Source of the DNA: Candidatus Giovannonibacteria bacterium
Lineage (GTDB): Bacteria > Patescibacteriota > Minisyncoccia > JACPKW01 > UBA11713
Length of the DNA stretch: 64,000 nt
Reading direction: 5' to 3'
NCBI GenBank assembly: GCA_016176285.1
Contig: JACOXM010000001.1
Location: 5,812-69,811, forward strand
A model generated the notes under the pieces. The model searched no databases and was not told the DNA's origin. It saw only the letters and a program-made list of their open reading frames with translations. Below are positions 50,536-58,761 of this stretch, piece by piece (within the stretch, counting starts at the first letter, position 1; every line of letters starts with the position of its first letter). The translations under genes and the position numbers were made by a program.

Positions 50536-51801
50536 ATGTATAGACGAAATCCAAACGATTGGCTTATATCCCCTGAACGGTTTTTTGGCAACGATATTCG
50601 TTTTGGAAATTTGCTTGGCAATAAAAGCTTCATCGAGTCATTGATAGAGTATTCTCGTATAGTAAAAGAGTTTCAATTCTGGAAAAAGGAAAAAATTGAG
50701 GAAATCCAAAATACACGGCTAAACAATCTATTAGAATCTATTAATAAAAAATACGAAGGGGGCAATATTATAACAATTCATTCAAGTGGTACATCGGGAA
50801 TACAAAAAAAGATTCTTATAGACGAGAGGGAGGGGATTATTTCCTGGTTCCCTTGCCGCTTAACCAACCCTGCATTTAATTTTGATGAAAAACTAATAAA
50901 AAATATTTTTAATAGAAAATTTGTGATTTGTCTTGGCGGCAGTACAAGGGTATGGTTAAAAGATTTTATGTATTTACTGCGAACAACTCCAGTTGATCTT
51001 ATTGATAAAATTAACCGCGAACTGATATACGAAAAAATTAACGAGGTTCACCCAGCTTTTGTAATCGGCCCAGGCTCATCCGTTTCTGCTTTGGCAAGAA
51101 AAATGGATGAAGATGGGTTTGATTTATCGCACTTACTTGCATTGGAATTAACTACGGAGCCAATATTATCGGAAGAGAAATCCTTTATAAATAATTTAAA
51201 AATCCCTCTATTGAATACATTTTCTTCTGCGGAAGCCGGACCGATAGGCTTTGAATGCCCTAATAATCCGGAACGGTTTCATTTGTTTGCCCAAAGAATG
51301 ATGCTAGAGGTTATAAATGAAAATGGATTGCCAGCTAGGGATGGAGATGAAGGTGAATTAGTCATAACAGTATTAGACCGAAGGGTGATGCCGATCATTC
51401 GCTACGCGCTGGGTGATAGAGGAAAAATTATTTCTGATAGCTGTCCCTGCGGGAGGTCACTTCCATTATTTGAGTTGAGTAGCCGTCGAGGCGATAAATT
51501 AAAATTATCAAGTGGCAGGGAAGTGCCAAGTTCGCTTCTGTATATGAGTTTAAAAAGGGCGGAAATAGGTAAAGTGGCAAGGGCTTTTCAGATTCGCCAG
51601 AATGCAGTGGATCAAATTGAACTTCTTATTGTTCCGTCCCGAAAAAAAAGGGCGAGGATTACGGAGGAAACTGAGTTGAAATTCCGTCTTGCTCTAACGG
51701 AATTTTTCTACAACGAGCGGATGCTTATAGAAGTGAGAAAAGTGGATGCAATCCCGGTTTCATCTTCGGGTAAAACTTTATTTTTTGTACCACTTCAATG
51801 A
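50536..51801 (+). CDS. PaaK-like adenylate-forming enzyme 2
   Basis: HSSGTSG, FSSAEAGPIGFECP, PIIRYALGDRG, CPCGR, SGK. Confidence 0.82.
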   Translation: MYRRNPNDWLISPERFFGNDIRFGNLLGNKSFIESLIEYSRIVKEFQFWKKEKIEEIQNTRLNNLLESINKKYEGGNIITIHSSGTSGIQKKILIDEREGIISWFPCRLTNPAFNFDEKLIKNIFNRKFVICLGGSTRVWLKDFMYLLRTTPVDLIDKINRELIYEKINEVHPAFVIGPGSSVSALARKMDEDGFDLSHLLALELTTEPILSEEKSFINNLKIPLLNTFSSAEAGPIGFECPNNPERFHLFAQRMMLEVINENGLPARDGDEGELVITVLDRRVMPIIRYALGDRGKIISDSCPCGRSLPLFELSSRRGDKLKLSSGREVPSSLLYMSLKRAEIGKVARAFQIRQNAVDQIELLIVPSRKKRARITEETELKFRLALTEFFYNERMLIEVRKVDAIPVSSSGKTLFFVPLQ

Positions 51802-53010
51802 CGCGAAAAATTCATCGATTATTTTTTTTGTTATGTGCGGCATGAAGATAATTGTATAAAATAGTTTTTTTTCTCCGTCGTGTAAAAGCCAGCAGGGTTT
51901 TAAACCAAATCTTTTTTCGGTTTGGGGATCGAGTTGAGAATTTTTCAATTTGTTAATATGAAATGCCAAAATATTAATCGACGGATGTGTAATAAATATA
52001 AAAGGCGGCAAATATTCGTTTGCCATAGAAGCCTCTATAAAATATTTTTTTAAATTTAGTTCCGATTCAACTATTTTCTTAAAGCCAGACTTTCCTAATA
52101 GCATTATTATACTCCAACAACCCGCGGCTATTGCCGCGGGTCTGGAGCCAGAAAGGGTGTTGTCTTTGCCGAGCCCCAAATACGGAACCGGCCGCTCTAT
52201 AAAATTTTGCAGTCCCTTCCTGCATAAAAAGACACCGGCATTATGTGGAACGAGCCCGGTCTTATGCATATCGAGTGAAATTGACTGCAAAGATGAATAT
52301 CTGAAGTCTAAAATTTTTTCAGAAACAAAAGGATAAACAAGGCCGCCAATCGCTGCATCCATATGAACGTAAGTTTTTATTTTTAGTTTCGATTGGAAAT
52401 CATTTATTACCGCATCGATTTCGTTTAACGGATCTACCGTTCCAGTGCCGCTGTAACCAAGCGTTAACGCGATTAAAAAATTATTATATCCTTCTTGATA
52501 AAGGAGCTTGATTGTTTCTTTTAATTTTTCACCATCCATCCCATACTCGGTATCACAAGGAACGTCAACGACTTTATTTATATTGAGAAGATCTGCGGCT
52601 TTCTCGATTGAGTAATGTGTGAGAGGAGTTTTTAATAAACATAGTTTTCCTCCGTTTTCCTGAAGCATATTTCTACCAATCCAAAGTCCTGTTATATTTC
52701 CTTCCGTTCCCCCCTGAGTTAAATATCCATCTCCTTTTTCCAATCCAAAAAGATTCGAAAGCATTGAAATAACCTCAGCCTCTAGATATTGAAGCCCGCT
52801 AGCATATTCATTACTGGTATGAGTTCCAATATTATTCCTGTTAAACGGCAGAAATTTCGTTATTGCTTCAATTGCTAAGGGATGCGGATCGGTGCTGTAA
52901 ATCCTTAACCCACGCATTGAATACGGCTTCATTTTTTTTGCGAAATTTTCAAGAATATCAAGGATATTTTCTTTCGAGGCGCCCGTTTCTGGAAAATTTT
53001 TGAAAGCCAT
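51778..53010 (-). CDS. Group II PLP-dependent amino acid decarboxylase (MfnA/TDC/ADC-like)
   Basis: TQGGTEGNITGLW, HYSIEKAA, GTVDPL, HMDAAIGG, SISLDMHK (PLP Lys), LSGSRP; ATG at 53010. Confidence 0.88.
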   Translation of the reverse strand: MAFKNFPETGASKENILDILENFAKKMKPYSMRGLRIYSTDPHPLAIEAITKFLPFNRNNIGTHTSNEYASGLQYLEAEVISMLSNLFGLEKGDGYLTQGGTEGNITGLWIGRNMLQENGGKLCLLKTPLTHYSIEKAADLLNINKVVDVPCDTEYGMDGEKLKETIKLLYQEGYNNFLIALTLGYSGTGTVDPLNEIDAVINDFQSKLKIKTYVHMDAAIGGLVYPFVSEKILDFRYSSLQSISLDMHKTGLVPHNAGVFLCRKGLQNFIERPVPYLGLGKDNTLSGSRPAAIAAGCWSIIMLLGKSGFKKIVESELNLKKYFIEASMANEYLPPFIFITHPSINILAFHINKLKNSQLDPQTEKRFGLKPCWLLHDGEKKLFYTIIFMPHITKKIIDEFFASLKWYKK

Positions 53011-53048
53011 AATAATCAATAATATATAATATTTTGATACAATAGGAT

Positions 53049-53762
53049 ATGCACCCATTTTTTGAATTTTTCAATCAAAACCGGCCATATATATCAAAAG
53101 ATTCCTTGGAGTGGCCTTCTTCCTGGAAGATTGTTGACTATAAAACGTATCCGCGCTTGCCGCAAATAGCACTGCCGAAACCAAATTTAAGGGATGCTAG
53201 CTTAGAAAGCGCGATTATAAATCGAAAATCCGAACGAGAATTTTCTGGAGATTCGATAAGTTTATCAGAACTTTCAGCTTTGCTTTTTTTTGGAGCGGGC
53301 ATTGTTAAAAATGGAGAAAATAATTTTTTTCACAGAAGATCCCATCCGTCCGGAGGGGCAAGGTTTCCAATAGAAACTTATTTTGCGGCTTTAAATGTCG
53401 ACGGACTTAAAAATGGTATTTACCACTACAATGTGTTAAATCATGCCGCAGAGTTTTTACTTGATGCGGATAGAGATATTATTGGCAAACTTTCAGTTTA
53501 TGAATTTGTAAAAAAAGCTGCGCTGGTTATTATTTTTACAATGATACCTGAACGTTCTTCGAGAAAATATGGAAATTTTGCTTTGAAGGTTGGCTTAATC
53601 GAAGCCGGGCATATTGCAGAAAATATGTACTTAGTGGCTTCCGCGTTGAAATTGAAAGGAAGCGCAGTGGGGAATATAAGTGACAACGGCGTCGTAGAGA
53701 AATTACTTGATATAGATAATTCAAGCGAAATCGCTTTTTACATGCTTGCCTATGGAAAATAA
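53049..53762 (+). CDS. SagB/ThcOx-type azoline dehydrogenase (nitroreductase fold)
   Basis: NRKSEREFS, RRSHPSGGARFPIETY, GIYHYN, RKYG (KY motif), EAGHIAENMYL. Confidence 0.9.
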   Translation: MHPFFEFFNQNRPYISKDSLEWPSSWKIVDYKTYPRLPQIALPKPNLRDASLESAIINRKSEREFSGDSISLSELSALLFFGAGIVKNGENNFFHRRSHPSGGARFPIETYFAALNVDGLKNGIYHYNVLNHAAEFLLDADRDIIGKLSVYEFVKKAALVIIFTMIPERSSRKYGNFALKVGLIEAGHIAENMYLVASALKLKGSAVGNISDNGVVEKLLDIDNSSEIAFYMLAYGK

Positions 53763-55284
53763 ACATAAATCTCATGAATCTACTGTTGAATTAGGTCCGG
53801 TTACCAGGGCCAGGCAGTGGATTTCGGGTTTGTTGGATGGCGGTTTGTCAACGACGGAAAAAATTATCGCAAAGATTTCTATACTTTTTTTGGAATTTTT
53901 AGAAGAAATTTTTGGTCAAAGTTTTTATGTTAAATCCAAATTTGAAAATGATTTTTTTACTTTACCAAATTCAAAAATAGCGAATTTAGCTGCGAGCCTA
54001 AAAAAAGATGGATTTATTAAATCTTTGAATATTCGCCGTACTTTTCCGGATGAACCTCGCGCGATTTTAGCGTGGGCTGATTTTGGAGAATTAATTTTAA
54101 AATCAGATACTAGTGCTTCAAGGTATGCTGAAGTTAACTTTTTAGGAGGGGTGGATTTTAAAAATACGGATAAAGCTGCGTTGCGCTGTTTAGGGGAAGC
54201 TGTGGAGCGCACATGCCTCGGCTTTTATAAAAAGAAAGATTTGGTTTTTGGAACATTTAAAGAGCTTAAAAACAAAGCCATTGATCCGAAGGAATTTGTC
54301 GCTTTTTCAAAGGAACAGCTTGCTTCGGAAAAATTCAGGCATTGCAGGTTCGATGATCAAACTCGCTTTGGCTGGGTTTGGGGTAGATCGTTGATTTCCG
54401 GCAAAGAAATTCTTGTTCCGGCGCAGCTTGCTTATGTTCCTTATAAATATGAAAAAGGAGAGCCGGTAATCCGCAATACTATTAGTACTGGGGCGGCGGC
54501 ATACACTGATTATTATGAAACTATTTACCGGGCAACTTGCGAGGTTATTGAAAGGGACGCTTTCATTATTCACTACTTAAATAAACTCGCCCCGCCTGTT
54601 TTGGATTTAGAAAACTTTCACGATAAAGAACTACAGGAAATAAACGCTAAATTCAAAAGATACAATTTGGAATTATATGTGCTTGACGTGACAACGGATA
54701 TCCCTGCGCCAACTTACGTTAGTTTGATTATAGATAGAACCGGCGTCGGGCCAGCGGTTACAGTATCAAATAAAACCGATCTAAATATTAAGAAAGCAAT
54801 CAAGGGCTCAATAGAGGGATGCCTACGTATATATTCGGGGTATAGGTGGAAAATGGAAAAATTACTTGACGTTAATAAAATTCCTGAAAAATGGGAACAA
54901 ATTGAAAGTTTGTCGGACAGATGTTTTTTTTGGGGGCAGGCGAAGATGCTCCCGGAGATAGAATTTTTCATCAAGGGGCCGAAGAAAATGATAAATGCTG
55001 AATTGTTAGATCTTGGTAGCAGGGAAAGACTTGATTTAGTCCTTGAATATTTTAAGAAAAATAACATGGAAGTTATTGCCGTTGATCTAACCATCCCTGA
55101 GGCGAGAAAAAATGGATTTTATGTTTCTAAGGTTTTAATTCCGAAGCTTCAGCCGCTGCATTTGTCGGAAAGGCACCGTTACTTTGGGGGTGAGCGGTTA
55201 TATCAGCTTCCCATAAAATTGAATTATTTAAAGCAACCATTGCGAGAGGAAGAATTAAATCAAATACCACAACCTTTTGCATAA
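53752..55284 (+). CDS. YcaO cyclodehydratase
   Basis: GEAVER, STGAAA, CEVIERDA, DVTTDI, VIAVDLT, KVLIPKLQP, C-terminal PQPFA; ATG at 53746 or 53752. Confidence 0.92.
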   Translation: MENKHKSHESTVELGPVTRARQWISGLLDGGLSTTEKIIAKISILFLEFLEEIFGQSFYVKSKFENDFFTLPNSKIANLAASLKKDGFIKSLNIRRTFPDEPRAILAWADFGELILKSDTSASRYAEVNFLGGVDFKNTDKAALRCLGEAVERTCLGFYKKKDLVFGTFKELKNKAIDPKEFVAFSKEQLASEKFRHCRFDDQTRFGWVWGRSLISGKEILVPAQLAYVPYKYEKGEPVIRNTISTGAAAYTDYYETIYRATCEVIERDAFIIHYLNKLAPPVLDLENFHDKELQEINAKFKRYNLELYVLDVTTDIPAPTYVSLIIDRTGVGPAVTVSNKTDLNIKKAIKGSIEGCLRIYSGYRWKMEKLLDVNKIPEKWEQIESLSDRCFFWGQAKMLPEIEFFIKGPKKMINAELLDLGSRERLDLVLEYFKKNNMEVIAVDLTIPEARKNGFYVSKVLIPKLQPLHLSERHRYFGGERLYQLPIKLNYLKQPLREEELNQIPQPFA

Positions 55285-55312
55285 GAAGAGATCATTGTAT
55301 AATTAATTATAT

Positions 55313-55642
55313 ATGGCAAGGGCGACGAAGGTTATTACATTATCTAAAAAAATATCTTTGGTTTTGCTTCTCCTGCCGCTTATGTTTTTTGTCGTTATTG
55401 CAAAAGCCTTTTTAAAATTTGGCGGAATGAAATCTTTAAGCTCTTTAAATAATGATCATATTATAAATAAGGCTAATGCTGATGTCGGCGGCGATTGTGC
55501 TAGTAGCTGTGACTCCGGCAATGAAAACAGTGCCAGCGGTTGTGATTCCAGTGGTACCGGTAGTGGCGATTGCGGCACTGGCGGCTGTGGTGGAGATAGT
55601 GGAGATACCGGAGGAGACAGTGGCGGGGATAGTGGAAAGTGA
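55313..55642 (+). CDS. Putative RiPP precursor: hydrophobic leader plus Cys/Ser/Gly/Asp-rich core
   Basis: Starts 28 bp after ycaO; 56-aa leader ending KANA; 53-aa core with 5 C, 11 S, 3 T, 18 G, 9 D. Confidence 0.75.
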   Translation: MARATKVITLSKKISLVLLLLPLMFFVVIAKAFLKFGGMKSLSSLNNDHIINKANADVGGDCASSCDSGNENSASGCDSSGTGSGDCGTGGCGGDSGDTGGDSGGDSGK

Positions 55643-55649
55643 TAAATTT

Positions 55650-56771
55650 ATGAAAAAACAATATATTTATCTGGCGATTGGCTTAGCGGTTTTTGTTCTC
55701 GTAGTCATTTATTTTTTTATTCCCAGGGAAAATGCTGTAGATGTTTTTAATAAGGAGTATAAGGAAGCGTTAAAATCCTTGTATGCCGAAAAAAATAATG
55801 AAGTTTTTTCAAAAATAGAAAAATTAATTGGCAGCGCCCCAACACCAGAGGCCGAAGCGAAAGCAAAAATTTTAACAGCTTTTGCTTCGAACGACAATAG
55901 CAAATCCATATCTTTATTTAAGGAAGTCGCAGGGGATTCTACATACCCATCTTTTCTCCGAGCCGATGCGGCGGCTGCTATGGCTGATTTTTTTATGTTA
56001 GGGTCGCATGGATCTAGCACGCTTGCCTCACAAATTTTTTCAAGTGAACCATACGTTTCCTTTGCAATTACCAAGTCAGGCAGAAAAAATTATTCTTTGG
56101 GCGCTCGAAAATTATATGAATATGCATCTTCCATTTATGTGATTCCGTGGGCAGAATATCGCATTGCCGAATGGTACCTAAAGAATGCCATCCTTTCGAA
56201 GTTGTATAAAATTAAGACCGTGGATACGGATGAAAATTATACGACAAAAGCTGAAGCACATATTCTAAAGGGGGATTTGGCTCTGGAAAAGTATAATAGG
56301 GAAGGAGGAATAAAATTATATTCTGGATACGCGAACTGGATTAAGGGTTTTGACCAAGCAATGCTTTGGGAACTGAAGGGGCAAGAAGTCAATAGAAATG
56401 AGGCCGAAACTATGTTTAAAGCTGCGCTTAATGATTTGGATGACGGGAAGTTTGGAAAATTTGCGATTGGTCAAAAAATTTGGGCAAATTTTCAGTATTC
56501 TTCGTTTGTAGCCAGGACATATGGAGTGAACAGAAAGGACGATATATTAAAACTTAATTCTTATGTCACGACGGACAGTCACAGATATGTTGATGAGGAA
56601 AAAAAACTGCTTTACGGTTTACATAAATATATGTTTCGTCTTGGATCAATTGCAGTTACTAACATTCAGGAAAGGTACGATTATGAAAGTGCAAAGGTAA
56701 TTGCGAGAGTTGATCCCAACTTCAGAGATTATCTGAGGCAGCTCGGCTGGAAAGATGAAGTTTTTAAGTAA
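55650..56771 (+). CDS. Membrane-anchored alpha-helical (TPR-like) protein
   Basis: MKKQYIYL plus TM; helical repeat-like Ala/Tyr/Leu pattern; ATG at 55650. Confidence 0.65.
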   Translation: MKKQYIYLAIGLAVFVLVVIYFFIPRENAVDVFNKEYKEALKSLYAEKNNEVFSKIEKLIGSAPTPEAEAKAKILTAFASNDNSKSISLFKEVAGDSTYPSFLRADAAAAMADFFMLGSHGSSTLASQIFSSEPYVSFAITKSGRKNYSLGARKLYEYASSIYVIPWAEYRIAEWYLKNAILSKLYKIKTVDTDENYTTKAEAHILKGDLALEKYNREGGIKLYSGYANWIKGFDQAMLWELKGQEVNRNEAETMFKAALNDLDDGKFGKFAIGQKIWANFQYSSFVARTYGVNRKDDILKLNSYVTTDSHRYVDEEKKLLYGLHKYMFRLGSIAVTNIQERYDYESAKVIARVDPNFRDYLRQLGWKDEVFK

Positions 56772-56774
56772 TCC

Positions 56775-57565
56775 GTGAAAGGACGCGACATTTTTATTGC
56801 AATTGTCGCTTTTTTATTATTTTCGTTCTTTTTTTTGAAAACGATTTAGCCAAGCTGGCTTGGGGAAAATATCACAATCCTAAAATTGCTCTAATTCTTG
56901 ATAGATCGGATGTAAAGCTTGCGATGCAAATCGGCAATTTTTATTTTAACGGCGGCGCTTACGATTTAGATATAGCCGAGAAAGGATTCAAAAAAGCTCT
57001 TGAAATAGATTCTAAAATATTGTGGGGGCATTATCAGATGGCTCGTGTTTACTTTGTAAAAGGGGAGAGAGCTAGGGCGCTTGATGAAATAAATAAGGAA
57101 TTTGAAGCAGTGCCGCAGAATTTTCGCGCTTATTATGTGCGTGCTTTGATACATGCTTATGACAAAAATTTTAGCGAATCGGAAATGGATTTTCGCAGTT
57201 TTTTAGTTTGGGCTCCGAAGGAATGGGCGGGATATAATGATCTTGCGTGGGTTTTAGCCGAACAGAAGAAATATAAAAAAGCGAAAGAGGTGTTAGAAAC
57301 TGCATTTCGTGAAGTTCAACAAGCTAATCAAAATCCTTGGCTCTGGAATTCTCTGGGCGTTACCCAATTAAATTTAAAGGAGTATGGGAGTGCGGTAACT
57401 TCTTTTAATAGAGCTCAGAAGTATGCCTCAAAGCTAACTTTAATGGAGTGGGCAAGAGCTTATCCCGGAAATAATCCAAATGAGCTTGAATCCGGACTTG
57501 CGGTCTTCCGCGCCGCCATCAATGAAAATTTAGAGCGAGCTGTTGATAATTCATCTGGGATTTGA
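56775..57565 (+). CDS. TPR protein with membrane anchor separated by a frameshift at T8 (56829-56836)
   Basis: TPR motifs (AEKGFKKALEID, GHYQMARVYF, AGYNDLAW, WNSLGV). GTG 56775 encodes a TM helix in a different frame. Confidence 0.7.
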
Positions 57566-57596
57566 CAGTTAAAAGAGCTATTCTGGAGGTATCTTT

Positions 57597-58748
57597 ATGA
57601 GTGAAAAAAAGAAATATTTTCTCTCTAGTTGTATTTTAACGGCATCATTGATTGTTTCTTTTTCTATGGTGCAGCAAGGCAGTTCTGTGAGTAATGCTTT
57701 CTGGGGGGAATCAAAGTGGATTGAGAGCGTTGGCGGCGGGTTGATTGCTCCCGCATGTGGATCTTCAACTATCGGCATTACTTGCGTTGCAAACACACCC
57801 AGCATAGATTTTACATGGATTGCGGATGATATGGATTTTTCCGCAGGGGATAGCGTCGTTATATCTATCAACGGTGTAGGTGTTATTGCGAGCGGACTTC
57901 CAGCTTCTGGCGTTTTTACTTGGGGAGGAGCTTCTTCTAATTCTACATACACTTATGAAATTCGATATAAGTCAGTTGAGTTTGGAGACAATCATCTCTT
58001 AAAATCTGAATCATTCTCAACGCCAAATTGCAATCCCGATCCCATAGGATGGCATGATGCTTCGAGCTGTGCTGATACGCATGGCTGGACGTGCGATCCC
58101 AGTAATTACAGCCAGCCCATTGACGTGCATTTCTATGCTGATGGCCCCGCGGGGTCAGGAACATTCTTGGGATCTGTAACGACTGGCCAATCGCGTCCCG
58201 ATGTTCCCGCGGCCGGATTTTGCGATGGAAACGCAAATGTCGGTTATTCATTTGCGACCCCTAATTCATTAAAGGACGGTCTTAACCATACGATTTATAC
58301 TTACGCAATTAACACTCCTGCCGGAAATAATCCTCTTTTACAAGGAAGTCCGAGGACGATTAATTGCCCGGCGCCCCCAGTGACCCCGGATTATATTCTC
58401 AACGCTGATCCGAATGGAATTTTTGCAAATATAAGCAGTTCGGGGCCTTCAATTTCAAGTAAAACAAAAATAACAGTCGGACCCATAAATGGTTTTGATA
58501 AAAAAGTTGATCTTTCTAGCAATGTTGCTTCGGTTATTTCCGGAGCGGGTGGGGTTTTTACTCCAAAGGATCGGTTGAATAAAAATGAATATTCCGATGG
58601 AACATTTTTCTACGTTTCAGTTCCTCCTGGAACTGCAGCGGGGAGCTATAATATTACAATTCAGGGGGACGACGGAATATTATCCCCGAGGTCAGTTTCA
58701 GTCATTTTAAATGTGGAGCTATTGGATTCGACTTTCAAGGAAGAATAG
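57597..58748 (+). CDS. Secreted surface protein with Ig/FnIII-like domains
   Basis: Signal peptide; GWTCDP...IDVHFYADG...HTIYTYAIN domain; C-terminal domain ending FKEE; GGAGGT SD. Confidence 0.75.
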   Translation: MSEKKKYFLSSCILTASLIVSFSMVQQGSSVSNAFWGESKWIESVGGGLIAPACGSSTIGITCVANTPSIDFTWIADDMDFSAGDSVVISINGVGVIASGLPASGVFTWGGASSNSTYTYEIRYKSVEFGDNHLLKSESFSTPNCNPDPIGWHDASSCADTHGWTCDPSNYSQPIDVHFYADGPAGSGTFLGSVTTGQSRPDVPAAGFCDGNANVGYSFATPNSLKDGLNHTIYTYAINTPAGNNPLLQGSPRTINCPAPPVTPDYILNADPNGIFANISSSGPSISSKTKITVGPINGFDKKVDLSSNVASVISGAGGVFTPKDRLNKNEYSDGTFFYVSVPPGTAAGSYNITIQGDDGILSPRSVSVILNVELLDSTFKEE

Positions 58749-58761
58749 TTATAATCAAGAT

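Noticed and set aside
53752-55284. YcaO as a thioamide-forming (TfuA-associated) or RimO-associated enzyme
   Set aside because: No tfuA is nearby. The adjacent SagB dehydrogenase, PxPF C-terminus and Cys/Ser-rich peptide point to azoline formation.
55476-55649. N-terminal extension (MLMSAAIVLV...) of the 431-aa ORF
   Set aside because: It is the shifted-frame shadow of the Gly/Ser/Asp precursor codons. ATG 55650 gives a normal basic-plus-TM N-terminus 7 bp after the precursor stop.
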